A stretch of 64,000 bases of DNA from Candidatus Kaiserbacteria bacterium (GTDB taxonomy: Bacteria > Patescibacteriota > Minisyncoccia > Phycocordibacterales > Phycocordibacteraceae), in contig DAIDIW010000002.1 of the NCBI GenBank assembly GCA_027451665.1, forward strand, positions 48,251-112,250, in the 5' to 3' direction. Made by a program: the position numbers and the translations under genes. The notes beneath the pieces are model-generated. The model was not told where the DNA came from and did no database searches. It saw nothing but the letters and a program-made list of their open reading frames with translations. Of the stretch, positions 38,680-48,294 are shown in pieces; the stretch's first letter is position 1, and the number at the start of each line of letters is the position of its first letter.

Positions 38680-39531
38680 ATGCCTCGGGACTATTACGCG
38701 CTCCTGAAGCCGGGCATCATCTACGGAAACGCGATCACCGCGGCAGGCGGCTTCATGCTTGCGGCAGGCGGGCATCCCGATTGGCTGCTCCTGCTCGCAA
38801 CTCTCGTGGGACTCTCGCTCGTCATCGGCAGCGGCTGCGTCTTCAATAATTGCGTCGATCGCGATATTGATGCGCTCATGCAGCGGACACAATCGCGGCC
38901 GCTCGTGCGTGGCACAATCACGTTCCGCGCCGCGTTCGTATATGGGGCGGTCGTTGGCCTCGCCGGATTTGCCATCCTGCTTACATTCACCAACATTCGT
39001 GCGACTCTCGTCGCGCTGTTCGGATTTGTCGCATATGTATTCGTCTACAGCCTCTGGGCGAAGCGGCGCACCGTATACGGAACGCATCTCGGCGCGCTTT
39101 CAGGCGCGGTACCGCCGGTCGTTGGATATGTGGCGGTGGCGAACCGTCTCGATCTCGCCGCGCTCATCCTGTTCCTTATACTATTTTTTTGGCAGATGCC
39201 GCATTTCTTCGCGATTGCGATTCGTCGTGAGGAGGACTATCGTGGAGCGCGTATTCCGGCGCTCCCTCTCGTGCGGAGCGCACAAGAAACCCGTCTACAG
39301 ATACGGCTCTATATCTTTGCGTTCCTCTTTGCGGCGCTCTCGCTCTGGTATGCGGGATTCGCGAGCGCGACCTATGCGGTTGCTGCGTGCCTACTCGGTC
39401 TTTTCTGGCTCATGAGTTCGCTGTTGCCGGCAACGAATGAACGCGTGTGGGCTGCGCGCATATTTTCCTTTTCGCTCATTGTGCTCACGCTCCTCTCGGT
39501 CGCGTGGATGCTCTCACCAATCACCCCTTGA
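38680..39531 (+). CDS. cyoE: protoheme IX farnesyltransferase (heme O synthase); start trimmed to 'MPRDYYALLKPG'
   Basis: UbiA-family motifs 'NCVDRDIDALMQRT' and 'YSLWAKRRT'. Confidence 0.85.
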   Translation: MPRDYYALLKPGIIYGNAITAAGGFMLAAGGHPDWLLLLATLVGLSLVIGSGCVFNNCVDRDIDALMQRTQSRPLVRGTITFRAAFVYGAVVGLAGFAILLTFTNIRATLVALFGFVAYVFVYSLWAKRRTVYGTHLGALSGAVPPVVGYVAVANRLDLAALILFLILFFWQMPHFFAIAIRREEDYRGARIPALPLVRSAQETRLQIRLYIFAFLFAALSLWYAGFASATYAVAACLLGLFWLMSSLLPATNERVWAARIFSFSLIVLTLLSVAWMLSPITP

Positions 39532-40018
39532 AGGGTCCGCTGAGCGGGAGTTCGAGGAATCGCGCTACGCGAACCGCGGGCGCCATAGGGTGCGTTGTAA
39601 GTCGCGGTCGCGCGTCGCCGATACGTATTCGGGTGCCGTCAGCGAGCACGAGAAATGCTTCGACGCGCGATACGAGGGGGGTCGCCGTCATGCGCGCTTC
39701 CCGAAGCTCTACACGTGTAGCGGCAGCGAGAGGATAGGAGTGTGTCCTCGTGAGCAGGAATCGCCGTGTCCGTCTCCGGATTTGGCCTCCGCGCTTATCG
39801 AGCTCTACGGTTTCGGCCATGTTCGCGAAAAGTACTACCAGCCCGAGCGCAAACAGGGCTGCCGCTGCTTGCGCCATGGCAAGTGCATCGCTCGTACCGA
39901 GCACGGATGCCGTAAATAGCACCATGCCAAGAATGGTCAGGCTGCCTCCCGCGGTCAATTGCGCCACGCTCGCATGGATGAGCGACAGTTCGTCTGTGGT
40001 CTCATTGAGTACCCTCAT
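39521..40018 (-). CDS. hypothetical membrane-anchored protein
   Basis: No motif recognised. It is convergent with and overlaps cyoE. Confidence 0.3.
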   Translation of the reverse strand: MRVLNETTDELSLIHASVAQLTAGGSLTILGMVLFTASVLGTSDALAMAQAAAALFALGLVVLFANMAETVELDKRGGQIRRRTRRFLLTRTHSYPLAAATRVELREARMTATPLVSRVEAFLVLADGTRIRIGDARPRLTTHPMAPAVRVARFLELPLSGPFKG

Positions 40019-40115
40019 TACGCCATATGATAGCGCATGCGCTCGGCGTTACAGATACGTGCGAGTATAAAAGAATCCCGCCATTTCGGCGGGATTCGTA
40101 GCACCTCCACGGGAT

Positions 40116-40652
40116 TTAGGCATGGGTGGTATACCGTGCGCGTAGGCGTTTGGATCGGCGCCGCCAGAGTGCGTGCGTAGCGAGCAGTACGATGCACGCA
40201 ATGACGCTGAGCATGCGCGTCGCACGGCCAAGCGCGGGGAAGCTCGCGATGCCGTAGAACGCGGCAAGAAGCGAGATGCCCCAGACGATTCTCCTGAATC
40301 GGTCGCTACGGATAAAGATCCGAATCCGATCCTTTCTACGTACCCCGTACGGGGAGGATGCAAGGAGAAGCGTCACACAGACGATTCCAATCGACCACGA
40401 GCCCGTCCACGGAAGTCCGGTGTTGAGGGAAAGCACGGGAGATAGTATGAGCATACTGAGTCCCGCCGTGATGATTCCCGCAGGTATGTTCTGCAAGGTA
40501 CGGTCCATCATTTGTACACTCCTGATGGTGTTTCGTAGTGCATAGTACCCATCGGTTAAGGAAGACGTCAACCGCAGTGCGTGCTCGCGCGAGAACACGC
40601 CTAGGTGGTGTAAGCTTTGTACATGCAGCGAAAGCGCTTCCAACTGTGGCAC
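40116..40652 (-). CDS. hypothetical membrane protein
   Basis: Hydrophobic segments only. Confidence 0.3.
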   Translation of the reverse strand: MPQLEALSLHVQSLHHLGVFSREHALRLTSSLTDGYYALRNTIRSVQMMDRTLQNIPAGIITAGLSMLILSPVLSLNTGLPWTGSWSIGIVCVTLLLASSPYGVRRKDRIRIFIRSDRFRRIVWGISLLAAFYGIASFPALGRATRMLSVIACIVLLATHALWRRRSKRLRARYTTHA

Positions 40653-41105
40653 TCCATCCTGGGTGTCGGGATACTTCTTGTGGGCGAGGCCGTCGTACTT
40701 TCTGTCTCGGCGAATTTTCCAGGCGAGATAATGGTGCTACTTGGCGCGAGCGTCGGCGGAGCGGGCATCATATTCGTGGCCACAGAAGTTATTGAAGAAG
40801 TGCGTAACGCGCGCCGCATGCTTTTTCTGCTTTCGGCGATTGTCTTTGAGTTCATTCTTTTCTTTGGCTTTCAGTACGGGTATCTCATCAATGTGCTGCC
40901 GGGCGCGTTCCAAGGTCTTTCCGCGGATCCCATGAGCATTTTGCTGCAAAGTGTGATGGTCTTCGTATTTAATCCGCTCTATCTGCCGATAACTGCTGCT
41001 GGAAAGGCGCTCATGCTTCTCAACACCGCGGAGGCGCTTATTCTGGTTTTCTTCGTATTGCAGAATATCTGGCAATTTCGTACGCGCACGTTCATCAGTT
41101 CCTAA
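40617..41105 (+). CDS. hypothetical membrane protein
   Basis: Five hydrophobic segments. Confidence 0.3.
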   Translation: MYMQRKRFQLWHSILGVGILLVGEAVVLSVSANFPGEIMVLLGASVGGAGIIFVATEVIEEVRNARRMLFLLSAIVFEFILFFGFQYGYLINVLPGAFQGLSADPMSILLQSVMVFVFNPLYLPITAAGKALMLLNTAEALILVFFVLQNIWQFRTRTFISS

Positions 41106-41111
41106 CTATCC

Positions 41112-41861
41112 TCATGATGGCGGATGGGCGGCGAGTGACGCTTCTTGCGCAGCCGTGAGATAGCGGTTGCGGCGTAGGGTAGAAAGCACGTGGAGATAGC
41201 GTGCGGCCGCAGCTGATGGGTGGGAACCGAAATAGCTCGGTGCTTGCGGCAGGCCCGTGAGGTAGTAGCACTGCGCACGCGAGAGCTGCGCAGGCGACTC
41301 ATTGAAGTAAGTACGCGCCGCTGCGGCAAACCCCAGCGCACCGCGGCCGTAGTAGACGCTGTTCAGATAAAGCTCAAGTATCCGTTGCTTGGAGAAATCG
41401 TGTTCGAGTATGAGCCCGTATTTAACTACCCTCAGCTCGCTCCATATCTCGGCAGGGAGCGAAGGCTGTGCGCGGGGTTCGTCGATTATAATGCGGGAGA
41501 GCTGTTGCGTGATCGTGCTACCACCGTGATCCTGGTGATCGTTCTTGAAGGTGGCGAATCCGGCGCGCACGAGCGCGATCGGATCGACCCCCGGATTATA
41601 GAAGAATCGTTTGTCTTCGACCGAGGTCGTTCCCTGCACGGCACAGTGGGGGATTGCGCTGAAGGGCAGATAGGTGCCGCCGCGCTCGGCATACGCGGCT
41701 TCGAGCTGCGCGGGGTATCGCGCGACGATGCCGCCGCTCGTAAGCGCAAAGATCGCGCCGAAAAAGTATGCCGCGAGGTAGAAGACGGCGACGCATCCTG
41801 CGGCGCCCGCAATCGCGTACACGGCAAAGCGCAGTGCCGTATATATCCTTTGCATCGGCAT
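41112..41861 (-). CDS. mtgA: monofunctional peptidoglycan glycosyltransferase (GT51)
   Basis: 'EDKRFFYNPGVDP' and 'GGSTITQQL' GT51 motifs. Confidence 0.8.
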   Translation of the reverse strand: MPMQRIYTALRFAVYAIAGAAGCVAVFYLAAYFFGAIFALTSGGIVARYPAQLEAAYAERGGTYLPFSAIPHCAVQGTTSVEDKRFFYNPGVDPIALVRAGFATFKNDHQDHGGSTITQQLSRIIIDEPRAQPSLPAEIWSELRVVKYGLILEHDFSKQRILELYLNSVYYGRGALGFAAAARTYFNESPAQLSRAQCYYLTGLPQAPSYFGSHPSAAAARYLHVLSTLRRNRYLTAAQEASLAAHPPS

Positions 41862-41914
41862 AAGATTCCTTACGATACCGAACCAGACGATGATAGGGAA
41901 GGCGCGTCCCGCTT

Positions 41915-43378
41915 TCAGCGTCGCGTTCTTCGCCAGATGAACGGGGCGAGGCCAATTTTCTCGGGGAGGCGGTTGAGGTACGGTATGTAGGGGAAGGTAA
42001 TCACCACAATCATAAGCAGGCCAAGTATCTCCGCGGCGTCTCTATCGCCGTACGCCTTGTCCGGCAGATCGAAGACGTAATTCGAGAGGGCTAGCGGCAT
42101 GAGCCACCACGATCCTGGAGGCAGCTTATAGACGCTCCCAGTTTCGTCTTTCACCATGCCCCATTCGACAGTGCTCATGTGGAGCGCCGCCGCGCGCTCT
42201 TCGGGAATTCCCATGTCGTCGAGAAAACGTAGGCTATAGGTGTAGTTGATGCTCGGGTTCTCGTTATCCAGGATCGATTCATAGAGGCCGCTCTTTGTCA
42301 TAGGAATGAGCGTTTGCAGCATCTCAATAACCGGGTTCGAGCTCGTCGCGTACCTGGTCTCGTCTGAGGACGATGCGAACCGATATGCCTGTGCGATATA
42401 CGCGCGCTGTGCGTCCGGGGAAGCGTGCGTAAATGCCTCCCACGCATCTGGCGTGACTACGGGCGGCGTCCCTGATGCGGTCAAAGCAGGCTGCCTGCTT
42501 TGGAGGTACGTCTCATAGGGAGACACCACATATACTCGCCGCGTATCGAAGGAGTATGGGTCAATAGAGTCAAGATAGGTTGCGGTATCGGAGGTATGAT
42601 CGAATTCCTGGAGGAGGGTGGTCGTCACGAGTGGCTGGCGCACGCGGGCAATGTCTGCGATACGTACCGACGGTACGTACGGCGAATGGAAAAAGAAGGC
42701 AAGCGTAAGTATGACGAGCAAGAGCGCAAGTCCGCGCTCATACATGATGCGGTGATTCGCCGCTTCCATCGTATAAGAAATGTCCGACCGGTATGGTTTT
42801 GCGATGCCGTACGTATGTTCAAGCAAATAGTGCGCAATGAAGAGTACGAAGATCGTGAGAGGGATAAGCGCGACGTGTATCAGGAACGTCTGCGAATAGT
42901 TTAAGGGGTTCAGCCAATAGCCGAGGTATGCACCGTTCCAGAAATCAGCTCCGGAGACGGCCCGGAATTGCGACGCGAAATCTCCGCGTAACCCATAGCC
43001 GAATTCCGTCTGAATGAGCGCTAGACAGAAGATGGTTGCCCCGAACACCCAGACCATGCGCCGCGGCTTCCGAAAGCCGCTCGTCGTGAAGCCTACGAGC
43101 CCATGCAGGATAAGGATGAAAATAAAGGCCTGGACTGTCCACAGATGCACGCTGCGTACGTAAATGCCCCAAGGGTTAAAAAGCCACCAATTTTGACCCA
43201 TAAAGGCCAACGTGAGACCTGAAATACCGAGAAGGACGAGACAGGTGAGCGCGAGAAAACCGAGACCGTAGAATATGGTGTTGCCGTAGGAGGGAAGTCG
43301 GTGAAAATAGACTTTATCGAGGATTGTATGCAGCGCATTGGTATCGGGACTATACTCGTGAACCTCGTCGGGTGTCAT
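41915..43378 (-). CDS. di-heme cytochrome b N-terminal domain fused to a non-canonical, mostly hydrophilic ~280-aa C-terminal region
   Basis: Paired His in 'VRSVHLWTVQAFIFILILH' and 'FLIHVALIPLTIFVLFIAHYLL' (cyt b/b6 helices B and D). No Rieske or cytochrome c gene is adjacent. Confidence 0.55.
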   Translation of the reverse strand: MTPDEVHEYSPDTNALHTILDKVYFHRLPSYGNTIFYGLGFLALTCLVLLGISGLTLAFMGQNWWLFNPWGIYVRSVHLWTVQAFIFILILHGLVGFTTSGFRKPRRMVWVFGATIFCLALIQTEFGYGLRGDFASQFRAVSGADFWNGAYLGYWLNPLNYSQTFLIHVALIPLTIFVLFIAHYLLEHTYGIAKPYRSDISYTMEAANHRIMYERGLALLLVILTLAFFFHSPYVPSVRIADIARVRQPLVTTTLLQEFDHTSDTATYLDSIDPYSFDTRRVYVVSPYETYLQSRQPALTASGTPPVVTPDAWEAFTHASPDAQRAYIAQAYRFASSSDETRYATSSNPVIEMLQTLIPMTKSGLYESILDNENPSINYTYSLRFLDDMGIPEERAAALHMSTVEWGMVKDETGSVYKLPPGSWWLMPLALSNYVFDLPDKAYGDRDAAEILGLLMIVVITFPYIPYLNRLPEKIGLAPFIWRRTRR

Positions 43379-43667
43379 ACTCGAAAAATATCACAGACTA
43401 AGGGGATCCGGCGCGGAATTCACTCGCGACTCAAAATGTGCATCGACGTGGAACAACGTAACGGAGAAGGGTCCGAGCCTAACGGGGAGCCGCGATACAT
43501 CTTTGCGTTCAGACCTGCGTCTGCTTGCTAGCGTGTTTTTTGCCCCGGAGGAGAAGAACAAAAGGATGCAGGGAACTCGTTACCGGCCCAGGCTGAACGC
43601 ATAACAGCGTACGGAGCACGCCAAAGCAGACCATGACTACAAACGAGAGCGCTTCTACCTCGCGAAC

Positions 43668-44123
43668 GTGCGGCAGTTGCTCGCTATTGACCCAGACATG
43701 CCAGTGCGTGAATTGCAGCGGCAGCTTGCCGACAACGGCATCGAACTGAGCCGCGAATACCTTACGAAGCTCGTGAAGAAGCAGGAGCGCGGGCTCGCGC
43801 ACCGCTTCGACTGCGCGACCGCGAAGAAAGCCGTCGCGCAGATCCATGACGTCCTCACCGAGACCACGCGGCGCATCTGGCCGATCCTCCTCGCGAAGAC
43901 TTCCACGAACAAAGAAAAAATCTCGGCAGCGGCCGAAATCCGCGGGGCGCACATGACTGCATTCAAGCTCGCGCGGCTCGCAAACATTCTCGAAGAACCC
44001 GCACCCGGCAGCGCCAGCACGAGCCTATGGAGGAAGGAGGACGAAACCACCGAACAGCTCGTTGCCGACCTTCGTAAGCTGTGGGGTTACCCTCCCCAGG
44101 AGAGCACTACCGGCTCGCGCTGA
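43668..44123 (+). CDS. hypothetical protein (GTG start in the ORF track; Met at 43698 is an alternative)
   Basis: No motif recognised. Confidence 0.3.
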   Translation: MRQLLAIDPDMPVRELQRQLADNGIELSREYLTKLVKKQERGLAHRFDCATAKKAVAQIHDVLTETTRRIWPILLAKTSTNKEKISAAAEIRGAHMTAFKLARLANILEEPAPGSASTSLWRKEDETTEQLVADLRKLWGYPPQESTTGSR

Positions 44124-44162
44124 TCGCGCGATCAAAACCCGCAACCACCCGCAATTCTCGCG

Positions 44163-44567
44163 CTACTTCGTCTCGATTACCACGTCCGCTTTCTTGAACT
44201 TGTTGCCCGCGATTGAGCCGAGGATCGCATAGACGATGCTGATCAAGAACGCAAAGGCTATGCCGCCAGCCGTGTGCGCGCTCGCCCCTCCCGTTGCCTG
44301 TGACAAGCCGCCGCTGATACCCGCCCCGATCACGCCGCCGATTACCCCGAGGAACATGAGTATGCCCGCCGTGATCGTGAGGCCGATGGCCCGGTACCCG
44401 GTGAAGAGGACGATGAAGGCGAGAACGAGGCCGATGAGGTACGTGAGCGAGAACGGCACGACGTAGTTGAGGCCGGTGTAGGTCGCGGTGCCCATGCGGC
44501 TCCATGGCGAAAAGAACGCCCAGAGCGCGAGCAATGAGAGAATGCCGTACGTGATGCGCCATTTCAT
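44163..44567 (-). CDS. membrane protein with an SPW-like motif
   Basis: 'FFSPWSRMG' followed by Gly-rich TM helices. Confidence 0.35.
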   Translation of the reverse strand: MKWRITYGILSLLALWAFFSPWSRMGTATYTGLNYVVPFSLTYLIGLVLAFIVLFTGYRAIGLTITAGILMFLGVIGGVIGAGISGGLSQATGGASAHTAGGIAFAFLISIVYAILGSIAGNKFKKADVVIETK

Positions 44568-44680
44568 ATGGAAGCCATTATAACCTCTGGTGCTAACCTA
44601 AGTGGCGGGCGCTTTACTTTACACAATAGGTTTGCTATCTTAGCAAGTAGCAATCCGCTCCTTGGAAACGAGATTCACAG

Positions 44681-44749
44681 GGCATGAGACGAGCTTTTTA
44701 CGGCTTACTTTTTACAATCTACTAGGCCGTAGACAGCTCGTCTCATGCC
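44681..44749 (+). promoter_or_regulatory. long imperfect hairpin (15-bp perfect outer stem plus 6-bp inner stem) whose right arm contains the ATG at 44745
   Basis: GGCATGAGACGAGCT (44681-95) pairs with AGCTCGTCTCATGCC (44735-49), and TACGGC (44699-704) pairs with GCCGTA (44726-31). The left arm starts a 13-codon mini-ORF, MRRAFYGLLFTIY. Confidence 0.45.
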
Positions 44750-44801
44750 GAGACAGCCGTTCTCTCGCAGCGCAATGCGGGTTCACCTATGGAGGCATCC
44801 G

Positions 44802-45620
44802 ATGCCAGACATCGCACCCCTCAGTCTTGCCAGCAACGCACTCGACACCTTCGCCAAGTGGGCGCGGGTCATGGAGAGGGCGGGCGTCACGTACGACCAG
44901 CTCGTGCTGCCAATCAACAGCCGGACGGCGCGCCGGAACCTCGCCGAATACCTGAAGGCGGGCTGCCCGAAGCTGGGAAACGCAACCGCAACAGCCGATC
45001 CCGCACCGCTCACCGGCTACGACCTCGCCTCGATCATCCTCGGGAAGGATTTCATTCGTCCCGACGAGGTCGCGGCGAACCGCCCCGGCGTCGTATACAG
45101 CGACGAGCAGTTCGAATCGTTCGAGAACATGCTGCCCGGCCGCGAGGAACTCGAAGAGCTTCGCGACGATGGCTATATGCTCGTCCCTGGTCCCGCGCAA
45201 CCGATGGCGCTCCTCGACATCCGCAGCCTCAAACCCGGCTACTTCTACACGAAAACGGGCGGCTGGTATGCGGAGGAGAAGCAGCGCTTCTCGCGCGAAG
45301 ATCGCGCCCCGACGAAGTGGCTCAAGCTCCGCAAGGGGCCGGTGCCGAACTCGACGGGCAAGAACTGGGACGAACAAAGCCCGCTCCTCTCGGCCGTCGA
45401 GCACGTCCCGAACGACGCCGAAGTCGAATGGGCCGTGACGACGTACAAGGCCGTCCGGGGCATCTACCTGCTCCCGAACGTCTACGTGCGCACGTCCAGT
45501 CGCACCGCTGGCGGCAGTCGCGTCGACGTGGGCCGCTTCGACGCCGAGGGTCTCGACGTCAACGACGTCTGGGGCGACGGCCGCTTCTCTTACTTGGGCC
45601 TGGCGTCTGCTCGGGAGTGA
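44802..45620 (+). CDS. hypothetical protein (start 44802 'MPDIAPL', or the ATG at 44745 inside the hairpin)
   Basis: No motif recognised. Hairpins followed by T-tracts at about 45640-45720 look like terminators. Confidence 0.35.
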   Translation: MPDIAPLSLASNALDTFAKWARVMERAGVTYDQLVLPINSRTARRNLAEYLKAGCPKLGNATATADPAPLTGYDLASIILGKDFIRPDEVAANRPGVVYSDEQFESFENMLPGREELEELRDDGYMLVPGPAQPMALLDIRSLKPGYFYTKTGGWYAEEKQRFSREDRAPTKWLKLRKGPVPNSTGKNWDEQSPLLSAVEHVPNDAEVEWAVTTYKAVRGIYLLPNVYVRTSSRTAGGSRVDVGRFDAEGLDVNDVWGDGRFSYLGLASARE

Positions 45621-45969
45621 ATCTCGAAGCCTTGAGGGCTTGTCCCTCTTGATCTCTTGACTCCTTGAGCCCTCTCGTTTTTTGCGGATACAACTGCAAA
45701 AGCGCGAGGGCTTTTTCTTTGGTCACTTTTTGGGCAACCCGTGGGCAACCGCGGGCATTACCAACCAACGCAACGCGGACAAAAAGTGGCCAGAGAAAAC
45801 GTTACACCCTCCCAACTTGGGAAGGGTGTTTCGCTTTGACTGCTTCAGAGGCAGAACAGTCCGGGAGCCTTTTGAGGACTGCGTAACGTTCACGATGCGC
45901 ACTTGTTCATCACCTCCTGTATGCGATCTGATTGGTGGGAATCCTGACCATTTGGGATATAATCAACAC

Positions 45970-46317
45970 GTGTCCGATATAAAGAAACTAACTAAGGACT
46001 TGGTCAAATTTCGAGATGCGCGGGATTGGAAACAATTCCACAACCCCAAGGACTGCGCCATCTCTCTGTCGCTCGAGGCCGCAGAGGTACTCGAGCATTT
46101 TCAATGGAAGGATACGAAAGAAGTAGAGCAATACCTAAAGACAAACAAGGCTGATATTGGCGAGGAACTCGCAGACGTTTTGTACTGGGTACTGCTCATC
46201 TCTCACGACCTAAAAATTGACCTCGCGCGGGCATTCGAGAAAAAGATGGAAAAGAACAGTGCCAAGTATCCCGTTGCGAAGGCGAAAGGGAAGCATACCA
46301 AATACACTGAACTATGA
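45970..46317 (+). CDS. MazG-like all-alpha nucleotide pyrophosphohydrolase (YpjD-like); GTG start 6 nt after a TATAAT box
   Basis: 'LSLEAAEVLEHFQWK...IGEELADVLYWVLLISH' with the paired EExxE/D metal-binding helices of the MazG family. TATAAT at 45958-63. The stop overlaps the next start (ATGA). Confidence 0.55.
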   Translation: MSDIKKLTKDLVKFRDARDWKQFHNPKDCAISLSLEAAEVLEHFQWKDTKEVEQYLKTNKADIGEELADVLYWVLLISHDLKIDLARAFEKKMEKNSAKYPVAKAKGKHTKYTEL

Positions 46318-47162
46318 GATTGTTCTCGGGCTCGTCAACAGAGTTTATTAGCGACGCGATACATAACCAGATTGCTGACAAACTCAAAAACGCATTCTTC
46401 CAGTACTACCGATACAATCCCTCGCCCGGCGAGATCCGCTCTTGGCAGAACTCCTTACGAGCCCTGTCGCAGGTTTTTACATACTCGAATCTCGACGACA
46501 ACGGGGTGATTCTTGAATACCAGCTCCCGCTAACCTCGAAGCGGCTTGATTGCCTCATTACGGGTCACGACGAGGAGAGATCAAATGCAGTCATAATCGA
46601 ACTCAAACAATGGGAGAAGTGTGAAATGTCCGAAAGCGAAAATGAGGTCCTCACTTGGGTCGGTGGAGCAAAGCGCGAGGTGTTACACCCCTCCGTTCAA
46701 GTCGGTCGCTATCAAATGTACCTAAAGGATACGCATACAGCTTTTAATATCGATAACCCGGTACAGCTCGAAGCGTGCTCTTATCTACACAACTACACTC
46801 CGCACCCCCACGACGAGATATATTCAACGAAATTCCAGAATTTGCTCGAAACCTTCCCGGTCTTTACGGCTGACGACGTAGATCCCTTCCGGGAGTACCT
46901 AACTTCCAAACTCTCTCGAGGCGGCGGGATGGAGATTTTGGATCGTATCGAAAAAAGCGAGTACAAGCCGAGCAAACAACTCATGGATCACGTGAGCAAG
47001 ATTATCCGCGAACGAAGCGAGTACATTCTGCTCGATGAGCAACTCATTGTGTATGACAAGGTACTCTCCATTGTAAAAAAAGGACTGGATAGCCAGAAGA
47101 AGACGGTCGTTATTGTCCGTGGAGGTCCAGGGACAGGGAAATCCGTGATAGCTATAAACTGA
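46314..47162 (+). pseudogene. N-terminal 282 codons of a PD-(D/E)xK-like plus P-loop NTPase (DUF2075/Schlafen-like ATPase architecture), cut off immediately after Walker A by an IS3 insertion
   Basis: Putative nuclease motif 'RLDCLITGHDEE...IIELKQW' and Walker A 'VIVRGGPGTGKSVIA'. The stop TGA at 47160-62 is the first triplet of the IS left inverted repeat. Confidence 0.55.
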
Positions 47163-47227
47163 CCCGTACCCCAAATTTTGCACACCCTCTTGGGAGGATT
47201 AACCTGTGCGCATAACCCTCCCGCCAT

Positions 47228-47482
47228 ATGAAGCAGCGACGCATCGCTCCAGAACTCAAGGAGCAGATACTTGGGCGCATTAAGAACGACGGCGTCTCCG
47301 TCTCGCAGGCGGCCGCCGATCACGGCGTGAACCCCACCACCATATATGAGTGGCTCAAGGCAGGCATCGAAAGCGGTCCCTCATACGCAGAACGCTCCCG
47401 CCTGAAGAGGGAGAACCTCGACTTGAAGCTCCTCGTGGGCGAGATGACGCTCCGCCTCTCCGAGGCCCAAAAAAAGAGGTGA
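47228..47482 (+). CDS. IS3-family transposase OrfA (HTH)
   Basis: 'SVSQAAADHGVNPTTIYEWLK' HTH and a leucine-zipper-like C-terminus. A slippery A AAA AAG heptamer at 47470-47476 is followed by the stop. Confidence 0.8.
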   Translation: MKQRRIAPELKEQILGRIKNDGVSVSQAAADHGVNPTTIYEWLKAGIESGPSYAERSRLKRENLDLKLLVGEMTLRLSEAQKKR

Positions 47483-48294
47483 GGAGCGCATACCGTGCGA
47501 ACACCGCGCTCCTCGCGCGGCAGCTCGGCGTGTCTCGCCGGAGCCTGTACCACCGCCCCCGCATGGAAGCGAAGGATTGGGCGCTCAAGGTGCGGATCGA
47601 AGAAGCGCTCAGAGAATTCCCCGCATACGGGCACCGCCGCTTGGCGCTTCACCTTCGCGCCAACAAGAAGCGGGTGCGCCGCGTGATGAAGAAGTTCGGC
47701 ATCAAGCCGTATCGAAGGAGGGTACGGCACTGGAAGAAACCGAGGAAACTGCTCGGTATCTATCCGAACCTCCTCATGACCATGCGGCCGTCCTTCCCGC
47801 ACCACGCCTGGGCGGCAGACTTCACGCATATCCTCTGGCGGGAACACGACATCCGCATGGCGACCGTGGTGGACATCTTCACGCGCAGGATCGTGGGCCT
47901 CGCGATTGGGACCCGCGGCGGCACCGCCCTCGTGACCGCCGCGCTCTGCAACGCGCTCCTGGCACATCCCCGCCCTGTCCTCTTCCACAGCGACAATGGG
48001 GTTGAGTATGACGCATGTTCCTTCCGGAGACTTCTCGATTCGCTTGACATCCGCATCTCACGGAGCAAGAAGGGCTGTCCCTGGGAGAACGGGTACCAGG
48101 AGAGCTTCTATGACAAGTTCAAGATCGACCTCGGGGATCCGAACCGCTTCGAGACGCTCGGCGAACTCACCGCAGAACTCTATGCGGCCGTGCATGCATA
48201 CAACACCCGCCGCATACATTCCACGCTTCGCATGCCGCCACAAGAATTCGCAGCAAGGCACGCACGTGCTACGCTATTAGCAATCCCAAGTTAG
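47350..48294 (+). CDS. IS3-family transposase OrfB (DDE integrase core), expressed as OrfAB by -1 frameshifting at 47470-47476
   Basis: After the frameshift the reading continues 'KKEVRSAYRANTALLARQ'. DDE motifs 'HSDNGVEY' and 'CPWENGYQES' are present. Confidence 0.8.
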   Translation: MAQGRHRKRSLIRRTLPPEEGEPRLEAPRGRDDAPPLRGPKKEVRSAYRANTALLARQLGVSRRSLYHRPRMEAKDWALKVRIEEALREFPAYGHRRLALHLRANKKRVRRVMKKFGIKPYRRRVRHWKKPRKLLGIYPNLLMTMRPSFPHHAWAADFTHILWREHDIRMATVVDIFTRRIVGLAIGTRGGTALVTAALCNALLAHPRPVLFHSDNGVEYDACSFRRLLDSLDIRISRSKKGCPWENGYQESFYDKFKIDLGDPNRFETLGELTAELYAAVHAYNTRRIHSTLRMPPQEFAARHARATLLAIPS

